A stretch of 64,000 nt of DNA. It comes from Eledone cirrhosa. Its lineage: Eukaryota. Positions 28,241-41,830 of this stretch are shown in pieces. The notes beneath the pieces are model-generated. The model had not been told where the DNA came from. It saw nothing but the letters and a program-made list of their open reading frames with translations, and ran no database searches. The first letter of the stretch is position 1. The number at the start of each line of letters is the position of its first letter. Both the position numbers and the translations under genes were made by a program. The stretch spans positions 10,230,001 to 10,294,000 of the forward strand of contig OZ024761.1 in the NCBI GenBank assembly GCA_964016885.1. The letters are read 5' to 3'.

Positions 28241-31200
28241 CCTCAACAAGAGCCACTCTCTATAAATACTCCCAACAAGAGCCACTCTCTTTAAATACTC
28301 CCAACGAGAGCCACTCTCTTTAAATACTCTCAACAAGAACCCCTCTCTTTAAATACTTCCAACGAGAGTCACTCTCTTTAAATACTTCCAACGAGAGTCA
28401 CTCTCTTTAAATACTCTCAACGAGAGCCACTCTCTTTAAATACTCTTAACGAGAGTCACTCTATTTAAATACTCCGAACAAGAGCCACTCTCTTTAAATA
28501 CTCCCAACGAGAGCCACTCTCTTTAAATACTCTCAACAAGAACAACTCTCTTTAAATACTTCCAACGAGAGTCACTCTCTTTAAATACTCCCAACGAGAG
28601 CCACTCTCTTTAAATACTCTCAACGAGAGCCACTCTCTTTAAATACTCCCAACGAGAGCCACTCTCTTTAAATACTCCCAACGAGAGCCACTCTCTTTAA
28701 ATACTCCCAACGAGAGCCACTCTCTTTAAATACTCCCAACGAGAGCCACTCTCTTTAAATACTCCCAACGAGAGCCACTCTCTTTAAATACTCTCAACAA
28801 GAGCCACTCTCTTTAAATACTCCCAACAAGAGCCACTCTCTTTAAATACTCCCAACGAGAGCCACTCTCTTTAAATACTCTCAACGAGAGCCACTCTCTT
28901 TAAATACTCTCAACAAGAGCCACTCTCTTTAAATACTCCCAACAAGAGCCACTCTCTTTAAATACTCCCAACAAGAGCCACTCTCTTTAAATACTCCCAA
29001 CGAGAGCCACTCTTTTTAAATACTCTCAACGAGTGCCACTCTCTTTAAATACTCCCAACGAGAGCCACTATCTTTAAATATTCCCAACAAGAGCCACTCT
29101 ATTTAAATACTCTCAACAAGAACCACTCTCTTTAAATACTTCCAACGAGAGTCACTCTCTTTAAATACTCCCAACGAGAGCCACTCTCTTTAAATACTCC
29201 CAACAAGAGCCACTCTCTTTAAATACTCCCAACAAGAGCCACTCTCTTTAAATAAACGAGAGCCACTCTCATTAAATACTCCCAACAAGAGCCACTCTCT
29301 TTAAATACTCTCAATGAGAGCCACTCTCTTTAAATACTCCCAACAAGAGCCACTCTCTTTAAATACTCCCAACAAGAGCCACTCTCTTTAAATACTCCCA
29401 ACAAGAGCCACTCTCTTTAAATACTCCCAACGAGAGCTACTCTCTTTAAATACTCCCAACGAGAGCCACTCTCTTTAAATACTCCCAACAAGAGCCACTC
29501 TCTTTAAATACTCCCAACGAGAGCCACTCTCTTTAAATACTCCCAGCGAGAGCCACTCTCTTTAAATACTCCCAACGAGAGCCACTCTCTTTAAATATTT
29601 CCAACGAGAGCCACTCTCTTTAAATACTCCCAACAAGAGCCACTCTCTTTAAATACTCTCAACGAGAGCCACTCTCTTTAATTACTCCCAACAAGAGCCA
29701 CTCTCTTTAAATACTCCCAACGAGAGCCACTCTCTTTAAATACTCCCAACAAGAGCCACTCTCTTTAAATACTCCCAACGAGAGCCACTCTCTTTAAATA
29801 CTCCCAACGAGAGCCACTTTCTTTAAATACTCCCAACAAGAGCCACTCTCTTTAAATACTCCCAACGAGATCCACTCTCTTTAAATACTCCCAACGAGAG
29901 CCACTCTCTTTAAATACTCCCAACAAGAGCCACTCTCTTTAAATACTCCCAACGAGAGCCAGTCTCTTTAAATACTCTCAACAAGAGCCACTCTCTTTAA
30001 ATACTCCCAACAAGAGCCACTCTCTTTAAATACTCTCAACAAGAGCCACTCTCTTTAAATACTCTCAACAAGAGCCACTCTCTTTAAATACTCTCAACAA
30101 GAGCCACTCTCTTTAAATACTCCCAACAAGAGCCACTCTCTTTAAATACTCTCAACAAGAGCCACTCTCTTTAAATATTTCCAACGAGAGCCACTCTCTT
30201 TAAATACTCCCAACGAGAGCCACTCTCTTTAAATACTCTCAACAAGAGCCACTCTCTTTAAATACTCCCAACGAGAGCCACTCTCTTTAAATACTCTCAA
30301 CGAGAGTCACTCTCTTTAAATACTCTCAACAAGAGCCACTCTCTTTAAATACTCCCAACAAGAGCCACTCTCTTTAAATACTCCCAACAAGAGCCACTCT
30401 CTTTAAATACCCTCAACAAGAGCCACTCTCTATAAATACTCCCAACAAGAGCCACTCTCTTTAAATACTCCCAACGAGAGCCACTCTCTTTAAATACTCT
30501 CAACAAGAACCCCTCTCTTTAAATACTTCCAACGAGAGTCACTCTCTTTAAATACTTCCAACGAGAGTCACTCTCTTTAAATACTCTCAACGAGAGCCAC
30601 TCTCTTTAAATACTCTTAACGAGAGTCACTCTATTTAAATACTCCGAACAAGAGCCACTCTCTTTAAATACTCCCAACGAGAGCCACTCTCTTTAAATAC
30701 TCTCAACAAGAACAACTCTCTTTAAATACTTCCAACGAGAGTCACTCTCTTTAAATACTCCCAACGAGAGCCACTCTCTTTAAATACTCTCAACGAGAGC
30801 CACTCTCTTTAAATACTCCCAACGAGAGCCACTCTCTTTAAATACTCCCAACGAGAGCCACTCTCTTTAAATACTCCCAACGAGAGCCACTCTCTTTAAA
30901 TACTCCCAACGAGAGCCACTCTCTTTAAATACTCCCAACGAGAGCCACTCTCTTTAAATACTCTCAACAAGAGCCACTCTCTTTAAATACTCCCAACAAG
31001 AGCCACTCTCTTTAAATACTCCCAACGAGAGCCACTCTCTTTAAATACTCTCAACGAGAGCCACTCTCTTTAAATACTCTCAACAAGAGCCACTCTCTTT
31101 AAATACTCCCAACAAGAGCCACTCTCTTTAAATACTCCCAACAAGAGCCACTCTCTTTAAATACTCCCAACGAGAGCCACTCTTTTTAAATACTCTCAAC

Positions 31201-32580
31201 GAGTGCCACTCTCTTTAAATACTCCCAACGAGAGCCACTATCTTTAAATATTCCCAACAAGAGCCACTCTATTTAAATACTCTCAACAAGAACCACTCTC
31301 TTTAAATACTTCCAACGAGAGTCACTCTCTTTAAATACTCCCAACGAGAGCCACTCTCTTTAAATACTCCCAACAAGAGCCACTCTCTTTAAATACTCCC
31401 AACAAGAGCCACTCTCTTTAAATAAACGAGAGCCACTCTCATTAAATACTCCCAACAAGAGCCACTCTCTTTAAATACTCTCAATGAGAGCCACTCTCTT
31501 TAAATACTCCCAACAAGAGCCACTCTCTTTAAATACTCCCAACAAGAGCCACTCTCTTTAAATACTCCCAACAAGAGCCACTCTCTTTAAATACTCCCAA
31601 CGAGAGCTACTCTCTTTAAATACTCCCAACGAGAGCCACTCTCTTTAAATACTCCCAACAAGAGCCACTCTCTTTAAATACTCCCAACGAGAGCCACTCT
31701 CTTTAAATACTCCCAGCGAGAGCCACTCTCTTTAAATACTCCCAACGAGAGCCACTCTCTTTAAATATTTCCAACGAGAGCCACTCTCTTTAAATACTCC
31801 CAACAAGAGCCACTCTCTTTAAATACTCTCAACGAGAGCCACTCTCTTTAATTACTCCCAACAAGAGCCACTCTCTTTAAATACTCCCAACGAGAGCCAC
31901 TCTCTTTAAATACTCCCAACAAGAGCCACTCTCTTTAAATACTCCCAACGAGAGCCACTCTCTTTAAATACTCCCAACGAGAGCCACTTTCTTTAAATAC
32001 TCCCAACAAGAGCCACTCTCTTTAAATACTCCCAACGAGATCCACTCTCTTTAAATACTCCCAACGAGAGCCACTCTCTTTAAATACTCCCAACAAGAGC
32101 CACTCTCTTTAAATACTCCCAACGAGAGCCAGTCTCTTTAAATACTCTCAACAAGAGCCACTCTCTTTAAATACTCCCAACAAGAGCCACTCTCTTTAAA
32201 TACTCTCAACAAGAGCCACTCTCTTTAAATACTCTCAACAAGAGCCACTCTCTTTAAATACTCTCAACAAGAGCCACTCTCTTTAAATACTCCCAACAAG
32301 AGCCACTCTCTTTAAATACTCTCAACAAGAGCCACTCTCTTTAAATATTTCCAACGAGAGCCACTCTCTTTAAATACTCCCAACGAGAGCCACTCTCTTT
32401 AAATACTCTCAACAAGAGCCACTCTCTTTAAATACTCCCAACGAGAGCCACTCTCTTTAAATACTCTCAACGAGAGTCACTCTCTTTAAATACTCTCAAC
32501 AAGAGCCACTCTCTTTAAATACTCCCAACAAGAGCCACTCTCTTTAAATACTCCCAACAAGAGCCACTCTCTTTAAATAC
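28241..32580. repeat. 2,170-bp (75-monomer) tandem duplication
   Basis: TACCCTC 28241/30411, CCGAAC 28474/30644 and the 5-bp-deletion monomer 29254/31424 all recur at 2170 bp, which equals 75x29-5. Confidence 0.9.
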
Positions 32581-35500
32581 TCTCAACAAGAACAACTCTC
32601 TTTAAATACTTCCAACGAGAGTCACTCTCTTTAAATACTCCCAACGAGAGCCACTCTCTTTAAATACTCTCAACGAGAAGCACTCTCCTTAAATACTCCC
32701 AACGAGAGCCACTCTTTAAATACTCCCAACGAGAGCCACTCTCTTTAAATACTCCCAACAAGAGCCACTCTCTTTAAATACTCCCAACGAGAGCCACTCT
32801 CTTTAAATACTCCCAGCGAGAGCCACTCTCTTTAAATACTCCCAACGAGAGCCACTCTCTTTAAATATTTCCAACGAGAGCCACTCTCTTTAAATACTCC
32901 CAACAAGAGCCACTCTCTTTAAATACTCCCAACAAGAGCCACTCTCTTTAAATACTCTCAACGAGAAGGACTCTCCTTAAATACTCCCAACGAGAGCCAC
33001 TCTCTTTAAATACTCCCAACGAGAGCCACTCTCTTTAAATACTCCCAACAAGAGCCACTCTCTTTAAATACTCCCAACGAGAGCCACTCTCTTTAAATAC
33101 TCCCAGCGAGAGCCACTCTCTTTAAATACTCCCAACGAGAGCCACTCTCTTTAAATATTTCCAACGAGAGCCACTCTCTTTAAATACTCCCAACAAGAGC
33201 CACTCTCTTTAAATACTCCCAACAAGAGCCACTCTCTATAAATACTCTCAACAAGAACCACTCTCTTTAAATACTTCCAACGAGAGTCACTCTCATTAAA
33301 TACTCCCAACGAGAGCCACTCTCTTTAAATACTCCCAACAAGAGCCACTCTCTTTAAATACTCCCAACAAGAGCCACTCTCTTTAAATACTCTCAACAAG
33401 AACCACTCTCTTTAAATACTTCCAACGAGAGTCACTCTCTTTAAATACTCCCAACGAGAGCCACTCTCTTTAAATACTCCCAACAAGAGCCACTCTCTTT
33501 AAATACTCCCAACGAGAGCCACTCTTTAATTACTCCCAACGAGAGCCACTCTCTTTAAATACTCCCAACAAGAGCCACTCTCTTTAAATACTCCCAACGA
33601 GAGCCACTCTCTTTAAATACTCCCAGCGAGAGCCACTCTCTTTAAATACTCCCAACGAGAGCCACTCTCTTTAAATATTTCCAACGAGAGCCACTCTCTT
33701 TAAATACTCCCAACAAGAGCCACTCTCTTTAAATACTCTCAACGAGAGCCACTCTCTTTAATTACTCCCAACAAGAGCCACTCTCTTTAAATACTCCCAA
33801 CGAGAGCCACTCTCTTTAAATACTCCCAGCGAGAGCCACTCTCTTTAAATACTCCCAACGAGAGCCACTCTCTTTAAATACTCCCAACGAGAGCCACTCT
33901 CTTTAAATACTCTCAACAAGAACCACTCTCATTAAATACTTCCAACGAGAGCCACTCTCTTTAAATACTCCCAACGAGAGCCACTCTCTTTAAATACTCC
34001 CAACAAGAGCCACTCTCTTTAAATACTCCCAACGAGAGCCACTCTATTTAAATACTCTCAACGAGAGCCACTCTCTTTAAATACTCCCAACGAGAGCCAC
34101 TCTCTTTAAATACTCCCAACAAGAGCAACTCTCTTTAAATACTCTCAACAAGAACCACTCTCTTTAAATACTTCCAACGAGAGTCACTCTCTTTAAATAC
34201 TCCCAACGAGAGCCACTCTCTTTAAATACTCCCAACAAGAGCCACTCTCTTTAAATACTCCCAACGAGCCACTCTCTTTAAATACTCTCAACAAGAACCA
34301 CTCTCTTTAAATACTTCCAACGAGAGTCACTCTCTTTAAATACTCCCAACGAGAGCCACTCTCTTTAAATACTCCCAACAAGAGCCACTCTCTTTAAATA
34401 CTCCCAACGAGAGCTACTCTCTTTAAATACTCCCAACGAGAGCCACTCTCTTTAAATACTCCCAACAAGAGCCACTCTCTTTAAATACTCCCAACGAGAG
34501 CCACTCTCTTTAAATACTCCCAGCGAGAGCCACTCTCTTTAAATACTCCCAACGAGAGCCACTCTCTTTAAATATTTCCAACGAGAGCCACTCTCTTTAA
34601 ATACTCCCAACAAGAGCCACTCTCTTTAAATACTCTCAACGAGAGCCACTCTCTTTAATTACTCCCAACAAGAGCCACTCTCTTTAAATACTCCCAACGA
34701 GAGCCACTCTCTTTAAATACTCCCAACAAGAGCCACTCTCTTTAAATACTCCCAAACGAGAGCCACTCTCTTTAAATACTCCCAACGAGAGCCACTCTCT
34801 TTAAATACTCCCAACAAGAGCCACTCTCTTTAAATACTCCCAACGAGAGCCACTCTCTTTAAATACTCCCAACGAGAGCCACTCTCTTTAAATACTCCCA
34901 ACAAGAGCCATTCTCTTTAAATACTCCCAACGAGAGCCACTCTCTTTAAATACTCTCAACAAGAGCCACTCTCTTTAAACACTCCCAACAAGAGCCACTC
35001 TCTTTAAATACTCTCAACAAGAGCCACTCTCTTTAAATACTCTCAACAAGAGCCACTCTCTTTAAATACTCTCAACAAGAGCCACTCTTTAAATACTCCC
35101 AACAAGAGCCACTCTCTTTAAATACTCTCAACAAGAGCCACTCTCTTTAAATATTTCCAACGAGAGCCACTCTCTTTAAATACTCCCAACGAGAGCCACT
35201 CTCTTTAAATACTCTCAACAAGAGCCACTCTCTTTAAATACTCCCAACGAGAGCCACTCTCTTTAAATACTCTCAACGAGAGTCACTCTCTTTAAATACT
35301 CTCAACAAGAGCCACTCTCTTTAAATATTCCCAACAAGAGCCACTCTCTTTAAATACTCCCAACAAGAGCCACTCTCTTTAAATACTCTCAACAAGAACA
35401 ACTCTCTTTAAATACTTCCAACGAGAGTCACTCTCTTTAAATACTCCCAACGAGAGCCACTCTCTTTAAATACTCTCAACGAGAAGCACTCTCCTTAAAT

Positions 35501-38500
35501 ACTCCCAACGAGAGCCACTCTCTTTAAATACTCCCAACGAGAGCCACTCTCTTTAAATACTCCCAACGAGAGCCACTCTCTTTAAATACTCCCAACGAGA
35601 GCCACTCTCTTTAAATACTCCCAACGAGAGCCACTCTCTTTAAATACTCCCAACGAGAGCCACTCTCTTTAAATACTCCCAACGGACGAGAGCCACTCTC
35701 TTTAAATACTCCCAACGAGAGCCACTCTCTTTAAATACTCTCAACAAGAGCCACTCTCTTTAAATACTCCCAACAAGAGTCACTCTCTTTAAATACTCCC
35801 AACAAGAGCCACTCTCTTTAAATACTCCCAACGAGACCCACTCTCTTTAAATACTCTCAACCAGAGCCACTCTATTTAAATACTCCCAACGAGAGCCACT
35901 CTCTTTAAATACTCCCAACAAGAGCCACTCTCTTTAAATACTCAACAAGAGCCACTCTCTTTAAATACTCCCAACGAGAGCCACTCTCTTTAAATACTCT
36001 CAACGAGAGCCACTCTCTTTAAATACTCCCAACGAGAGCCACTCTCTTTAAATACTCCCAACAAGAGCCACTCTCTTTAAATACTCTCAACAAGAACCAC
36101 TCTCTTTAAATACTTCCAACGAGAGTCACTCTCTTTAAATACTCCCAACGAGATCCACTCTCTTTAAATACTCCCAACAAGAGCCACTCTCTTTAAATAC
36201 TCCCAACAAGAGCCACTCTCTTTAAATACTCTCAACAAGAACCACTCTCTTTAAATACTTCCAACGAGAGTAACTCTCTTTAAATACTCCCAACGAGAGC
36301 CACTCTCTTTAAATACTCCCAACAAGAGCCACTCTCTTTAAATACTCCCAACGAGAGCCACTCTCTTTAAATACTCCCAACGAGAGCCACTCTCTTTAAA
36401 TACTCCCAACAAGAGCCACTCTCTTTAAATACTCCCAACGAGAGCCACTCTCTTTAAATACTCCCAGCGAGAGCCACTCTCTTTAAATACTCCCAACGAG
36501 AGCCACTCTCTTTAAATATTTCCAACGAGAGCCACTCTCTTTAAATACTCCCAACAAGAGCCACTCTCTTTAAATACTCTCAACGAGAGCCACTCTCTTT
36601 AATTACTCCCAACAAGAGCCACTCTCTTTAAATACTCTCAACGAGAGCCACTCTCTTTAAATACTCCCAACAAGAGCCACTCTCTTTAAATACTCCCAAC
36701 GAGAGCCACTCTCTTTAAATACTCCCAACGAGAGCCACTCTCTTTAAATACTCCCAACAAGAGCCACTCTCTTTAAATACTCCCAACGAGAGCCACTCTC
36801 TTTAAATACTCCCAACGAGAGCCACTCTCTTTAAATACTCCCAACAAGAGCCACTCTCTTTAAATACTCCCAACAACAGCCACTCTCTTTAAATATTTCC
36901 AACGAGAGCCACTCTCTTTAAATACTCCCAACGAGAGCCACTCTCTTTAAATACTCTCAACAAGAGCCACTCTCGTTAAATACTCCCAACGAGAGCCACT
37001 CTCTTTAAATACTCTCAACGAGAGTCACTCTCTTTAAATACTCTCAACAAGAGCCACTCTCTTTAAATACTCCCAACAAGAGCCACTCTCTTTAAATACT
37101 CCCAACAAGAGCCACTCTCTTTAAATACTCTCAACAAGAACCACTCTCTTTAAATACTCCCAACGAGAGCCACTCTCTTTAAATACTCCCAACGAGAGCC
37201 ACTCTCTTTAAATACTCCCAACGAGAGCCACTCTCTTTAAATACTCCCAACGAGAGCCACTCTCTTTAAATACTCCCAACGAGAGCCACTCTCTTTAAAT
37301 ACTTCCAACGAGAGCCACTCTCTTTAAATACTCTCAACAAGAGCCACTCTCTTTAAATACTCCCAACAAGAGCCACTCTCTTTAAATACTCCCAACGAGA
37401 GCCACTCTCTTTAAATACTCTCAACGAGAGCCACTCTCTTTAAATACTCTCAACAAGAGCCACTCTCTTTAAATACTCCCAACAAGAGCCACTCTCTTTA
37501 AATACTCCCAACAAGAGCCACTCTCTTTAAATACTCCCAACGAGAGCCACTCTCTTTAAATACTCTCAACGAGTGCCACTCTCTTTAAATACTCCCAACG
37601 AGAGCCACTATCTTTAAATACTCCCAACAAGAGCCACTCTATTTAAATACTCTCAACAAGAACCACTCTCTTTAAATACTTCCAACGAGAGTCACTCTCT
37701 TTAAATACTCCCAACGAGAGCCACTCTCTTTAAATACTCCCAACAAGAGCCACTCTCTTTAAATACTCCCAACAAGAGCCACTCTCTTTAAATACTCCCA
37801 ACAAGAGCCACTCTCTTTAAATAAACGAGAGCCACTCTCATTAAATACTCCCAACAAGAGCCACTCTCTTTAAATACTCTCAATGAGAGCCACTCTCTTT
37901 AAATACTCCCAACAAAAGCCACTCTCTTTAAATACTCCCAACAAGAGCCACTCTCTTTAAATACTCCCAACAAGAGCCACTCTCTTTAAATACTCCCAAC
38001 AAGAGCCATTCTCTTTAAATACTCCCAACAAGAACCACTCTCTTTAAATAAACGAGAGCCACTCTCTTTAAATACTCCCAACAAGAGCCACTCTCTTTAA
38101 ATACTCTCAATGAGAGCCACTCTCTTTAAATACTCCCAACAAGAGCCACTCTCTTTAAATACTCCCAACAAGAGCCACTCTCTTTAAATACTCCCAACAA
38201 GAGCCACTCTCTTTAAATACTCCCAACCAGATCCACTCTCTTTAAATACTCCCAACGAGAGCCACTCTCTTTAAATACTCCCAACAAGAGCCACTCTCTT
38301 TAAATACTCTCAATGAGAGCCACTCTCTTTAAATACTCCCAACAAGAGCCACTCTCTTTAAATACTCCCAACAAGAGCCACTCTCTTTAAATACTCCCAA
38401 CAAGAGCCACTCTCTTTAAATACTCCCAACAAGAGCCACTCTCTTTAAATACTCTCAACAAGAGCCACTCTCTATAAATACTCCCAACAAGAGCCACTCT

Positions 38501-41500
38501 CTTTAAATACTCCCAACAAGAGCCACTCTCTTTAAATACTCCCAACAAGAGCCACTCTCTTTAAATACTCTCAACAAGAACCACTCTCTTTAAATACTTC
38601 CAACGAGAGTCACTCTCATTAAATACTCCCAACGAGAGCCACTCTCTTTAAATACTCCCAACAAGAGCCACTCTCTTTAAATACTCCCAACAAGAGCCAC
38701 TCTCTTTAAATACTCTCAACAAGAACCACTCTCTTTAAATACTCCCAACGAGAGCCACTCTCTTTAAATACTCCCAACGAGAGCCACTCTCTTTAAATAC
38801 TCTCAACGAGAGCCACTCCCTTTAAATACTCTCAACAAGAGCCACTCTCTTTAAATACTCCCAACAAGAGCCACTCTCTTTAAATACTCCCAACAAGAGC
38901 CACTCTCTTTAAATACTCCCAACAAGAGCCACTCTCTTTAAATACTCTCAACGAGAGCCACTCTCTTTAAATACTCTCAACAAGAGCCACTCTCTTTAAA
39001 TACTCCCAACAAGAGCCACTCTCTTTAAATACTCTCAACAAGAACCACTCTCTTTAAATACTTCCAACGAGAGTCACTCTCTTTAAATACTCCCAACAAG
39101 AGCCACTCTCTTTAAATACTCTCAACAAGAACCACTCTCTTTAAATACTTCCAACGAGAGCCACTCTCTTTAAATACTCCCAACGAGAGCCACTCTCTTT
39201 AAATACTCTCAACGAGAGTCACTCTCTTTAAATACTCTCAACAAGAGCCACTCTCTTTAAATACTCCCAACAAGAGCCACTCTCTTTAAATACTCCCAAC
39301 AAGAGCCACTCTCTTTAAATACTCCCAACGAGAACCACTCTCTTTAAATACTTCCAACGAGAGTCACTCTCTTTAAATACTCCCAACGAGAGCCACTCTC
39401 TTTAAATACTCCCAACAAGAGCCAGTCTCTTTAAATACTCCCAACAAGAGCCACTCTCTTTAAATACTCTCAACGAGAGCCACTCTCTTTAAATACTCCC
39501 AACAAGAGCCAATCTCTTTAAATACTCCCAACGAGAGCCACTCTCTTTAAATACTCCCAACGAGAGCCACTCTCTTTAAATACTCCCAACGAGAGCCACT
39601 CTCTTTAAATACTCCCAACAAGAGCCACTCTCTTTAAATACTCTCAACAAGAACCACTCTCTTTAAATACTTCCAACGAGAGTCACTCTCTTTAAATACT
39701 CCCAACAAGAGCCACTCTCTTTAAATACTCTCAACAAGAACCACTCTCTTTAAATACTTCCAACGAGAGCCACTCTCTTTAAATACTCCCAACGAGAGCC
39801 ACTCTCTTTAAATACTCTCAACGAGAGTCACTCTCTTTAAATACTCTCAACAAGAGCCACTCTCTTTAAATACTCCCAACAAGAGCCACTCTCTTTAAAT
39901 ACTCCCAACAAGAGCCACTCTCTTTAAATACTCCCAACGAGAACCACTCTCTTTAAATACTTCCAACGAGAGTCACTCTCTTTAAATACTCCCAACGAGA
40001 GCCACTCTCTTTAAATACTCCCAACAAGAGCCAGTCTCTTTAAATACTCCCAACAAGAGCCACTCTCTTTAAATACTCTCAACGAGAGCCACTCTCTTTA
40101 AATACTCCCAACAAGAGCCAATCTCTTTAAATACTCCCAACGAGAGCCACTCTCTTTAAATACTCCCAACGAGAGCCACTCTCTTTAAATACTCCCAACG
40201 AGAGCCACTCTCTGTAAATACTCCCAACAAGAGCCACTCTCTTTAAATACTCTCAACAAGAACCACTCTCTTTAAATAATTCCAACGAGAGTCACTCTCT
40301 TTAAATACTCCCAACGAGAGCCACTCTCTTTAAATACTCTCAACGAGAGCCACTCTCTTTAAATACTCCCAACAAGAGCCACTCTCTTTAAATACTCCCA
40401 ACGAGAGCTACTCTCTTTAAATACTCCCAACAAGAGCCACTCTCTTTAAATACTCCCAACGAGACCCACTCTCTTTAAATACTCCCAACGAGAGCCACTT
40501 TCTTTAAATACTCCCAACAAGAGCCACTCTCTTTAAATACTCCCAACAAGAGCCACTCTCTTTAAATACTTCCAACGAGAGTCACTCTCTTTAAATACTC
40601 TCAACGAGAGCCACTCTCTTTAAATACTCCCAACAAGAGCCACTCTCTTTAAATACTCCCAACGAGAGCCACTCTCTTTAAATACTCCCAACGAGAGCCA
40701 CTCTCTTTAAATACTCCCAACAAGAGCCACTCTCTTTAAATACTCCCAACAAGAGCCACTCTCTTTAAATACTCCCAACAAGAACCACTCTCTTTAAATA
40801 CTTCCAACGAGAGTCACTCTCTTTAAATACTCTCAACGAGAGTCACTCTCTTTAAATACTCCCAACAAGAGCCACTCTCTTTAAATACTCCCAACAAGAG
40901 CCACTCTCTTTAAATACTCTCAACAAGAACCACTCTCTTTAAATACTTCCAACGAGAGTCACTCTCTTTAAATACTTCCAACGAGAGCCACTCTCTTTAA
41001 ATACTCCCAACGAGAGCCACTCTCTTTAAATACTCCCAACGAGAGCCACTCTCTTTAAATACTCCCAACGAGAGCCACTCTCTTTAAATACTCCCAACGA
41101 GAGCCACTCTCTTTAAATACTCCCAACGAGAGCCACTCTCTTTAAATACTCCCAACAAGAGCCACTCTCTTTAAATACTCCCAACGAGAGCCACTCTTTT
41201 TAAATACTCTCAACAAGAGCCACTCTCTTTAAATACTCCCAACAAGAGCCACTCTCTTTAAATACTCCCAACGAGAGCCACTCTCTTTAAATACTCTCAA
41301 CGAGAGCCACTCTCTTTAAATACTCCCAACGGGAGCCACTCTCTTTAAATACTCCCAACGAGAGCCACTCTTTTTAAATACTCTCAACAAGAGCCACTCT
41401 CTTTAAATACTCCCAACGAGAGCCACTCTCTTTAAATACTCCCAACGAGAGCCACTCTCTTTAAATACTCTCAACGAGAGCCACTCTCTTTAAATACTCT

Positions 41501-41830
41501 CAACAAGAGCCACTCTCTTTAAATACTCCCAACAAGAGCCACTCTCTTTAAATACTCCCAACAAGAGCCACTCTCTTTAAATACTCCCAACAAGAGCCAC
41601 TCTCTTTAAATACTCTCAACGAGAGCCACTCTCTTTAAATACTCTCAACAAGAGCCACTCTCTTTAAATACTCCCAACAAGAGCCACTCTCTTTAAATAC
41701 TCCCAACGAGAGCCACTCTCTTTAAATACTCCCAACGAGAGCCACTCTCTTTAAATACTCCCAACGAGAGCCACTCTCTTTAAATACTCCCAACGAGAGC
41801 CACTCTCTTTAAATACTCTCAACAAGAACC
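31560..41830. repeat. About 10-kb dispersed copy of satellite block 17270-26780
   Basis: Collinear markers occur at offset 14293 (17311/31604, 18672/32965, 21391/35684), then 14552 (22422/36974, 23271/37823), then 15045 (25231/40276, 25418/40463, 26285/41330). Confidence 0.85.
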
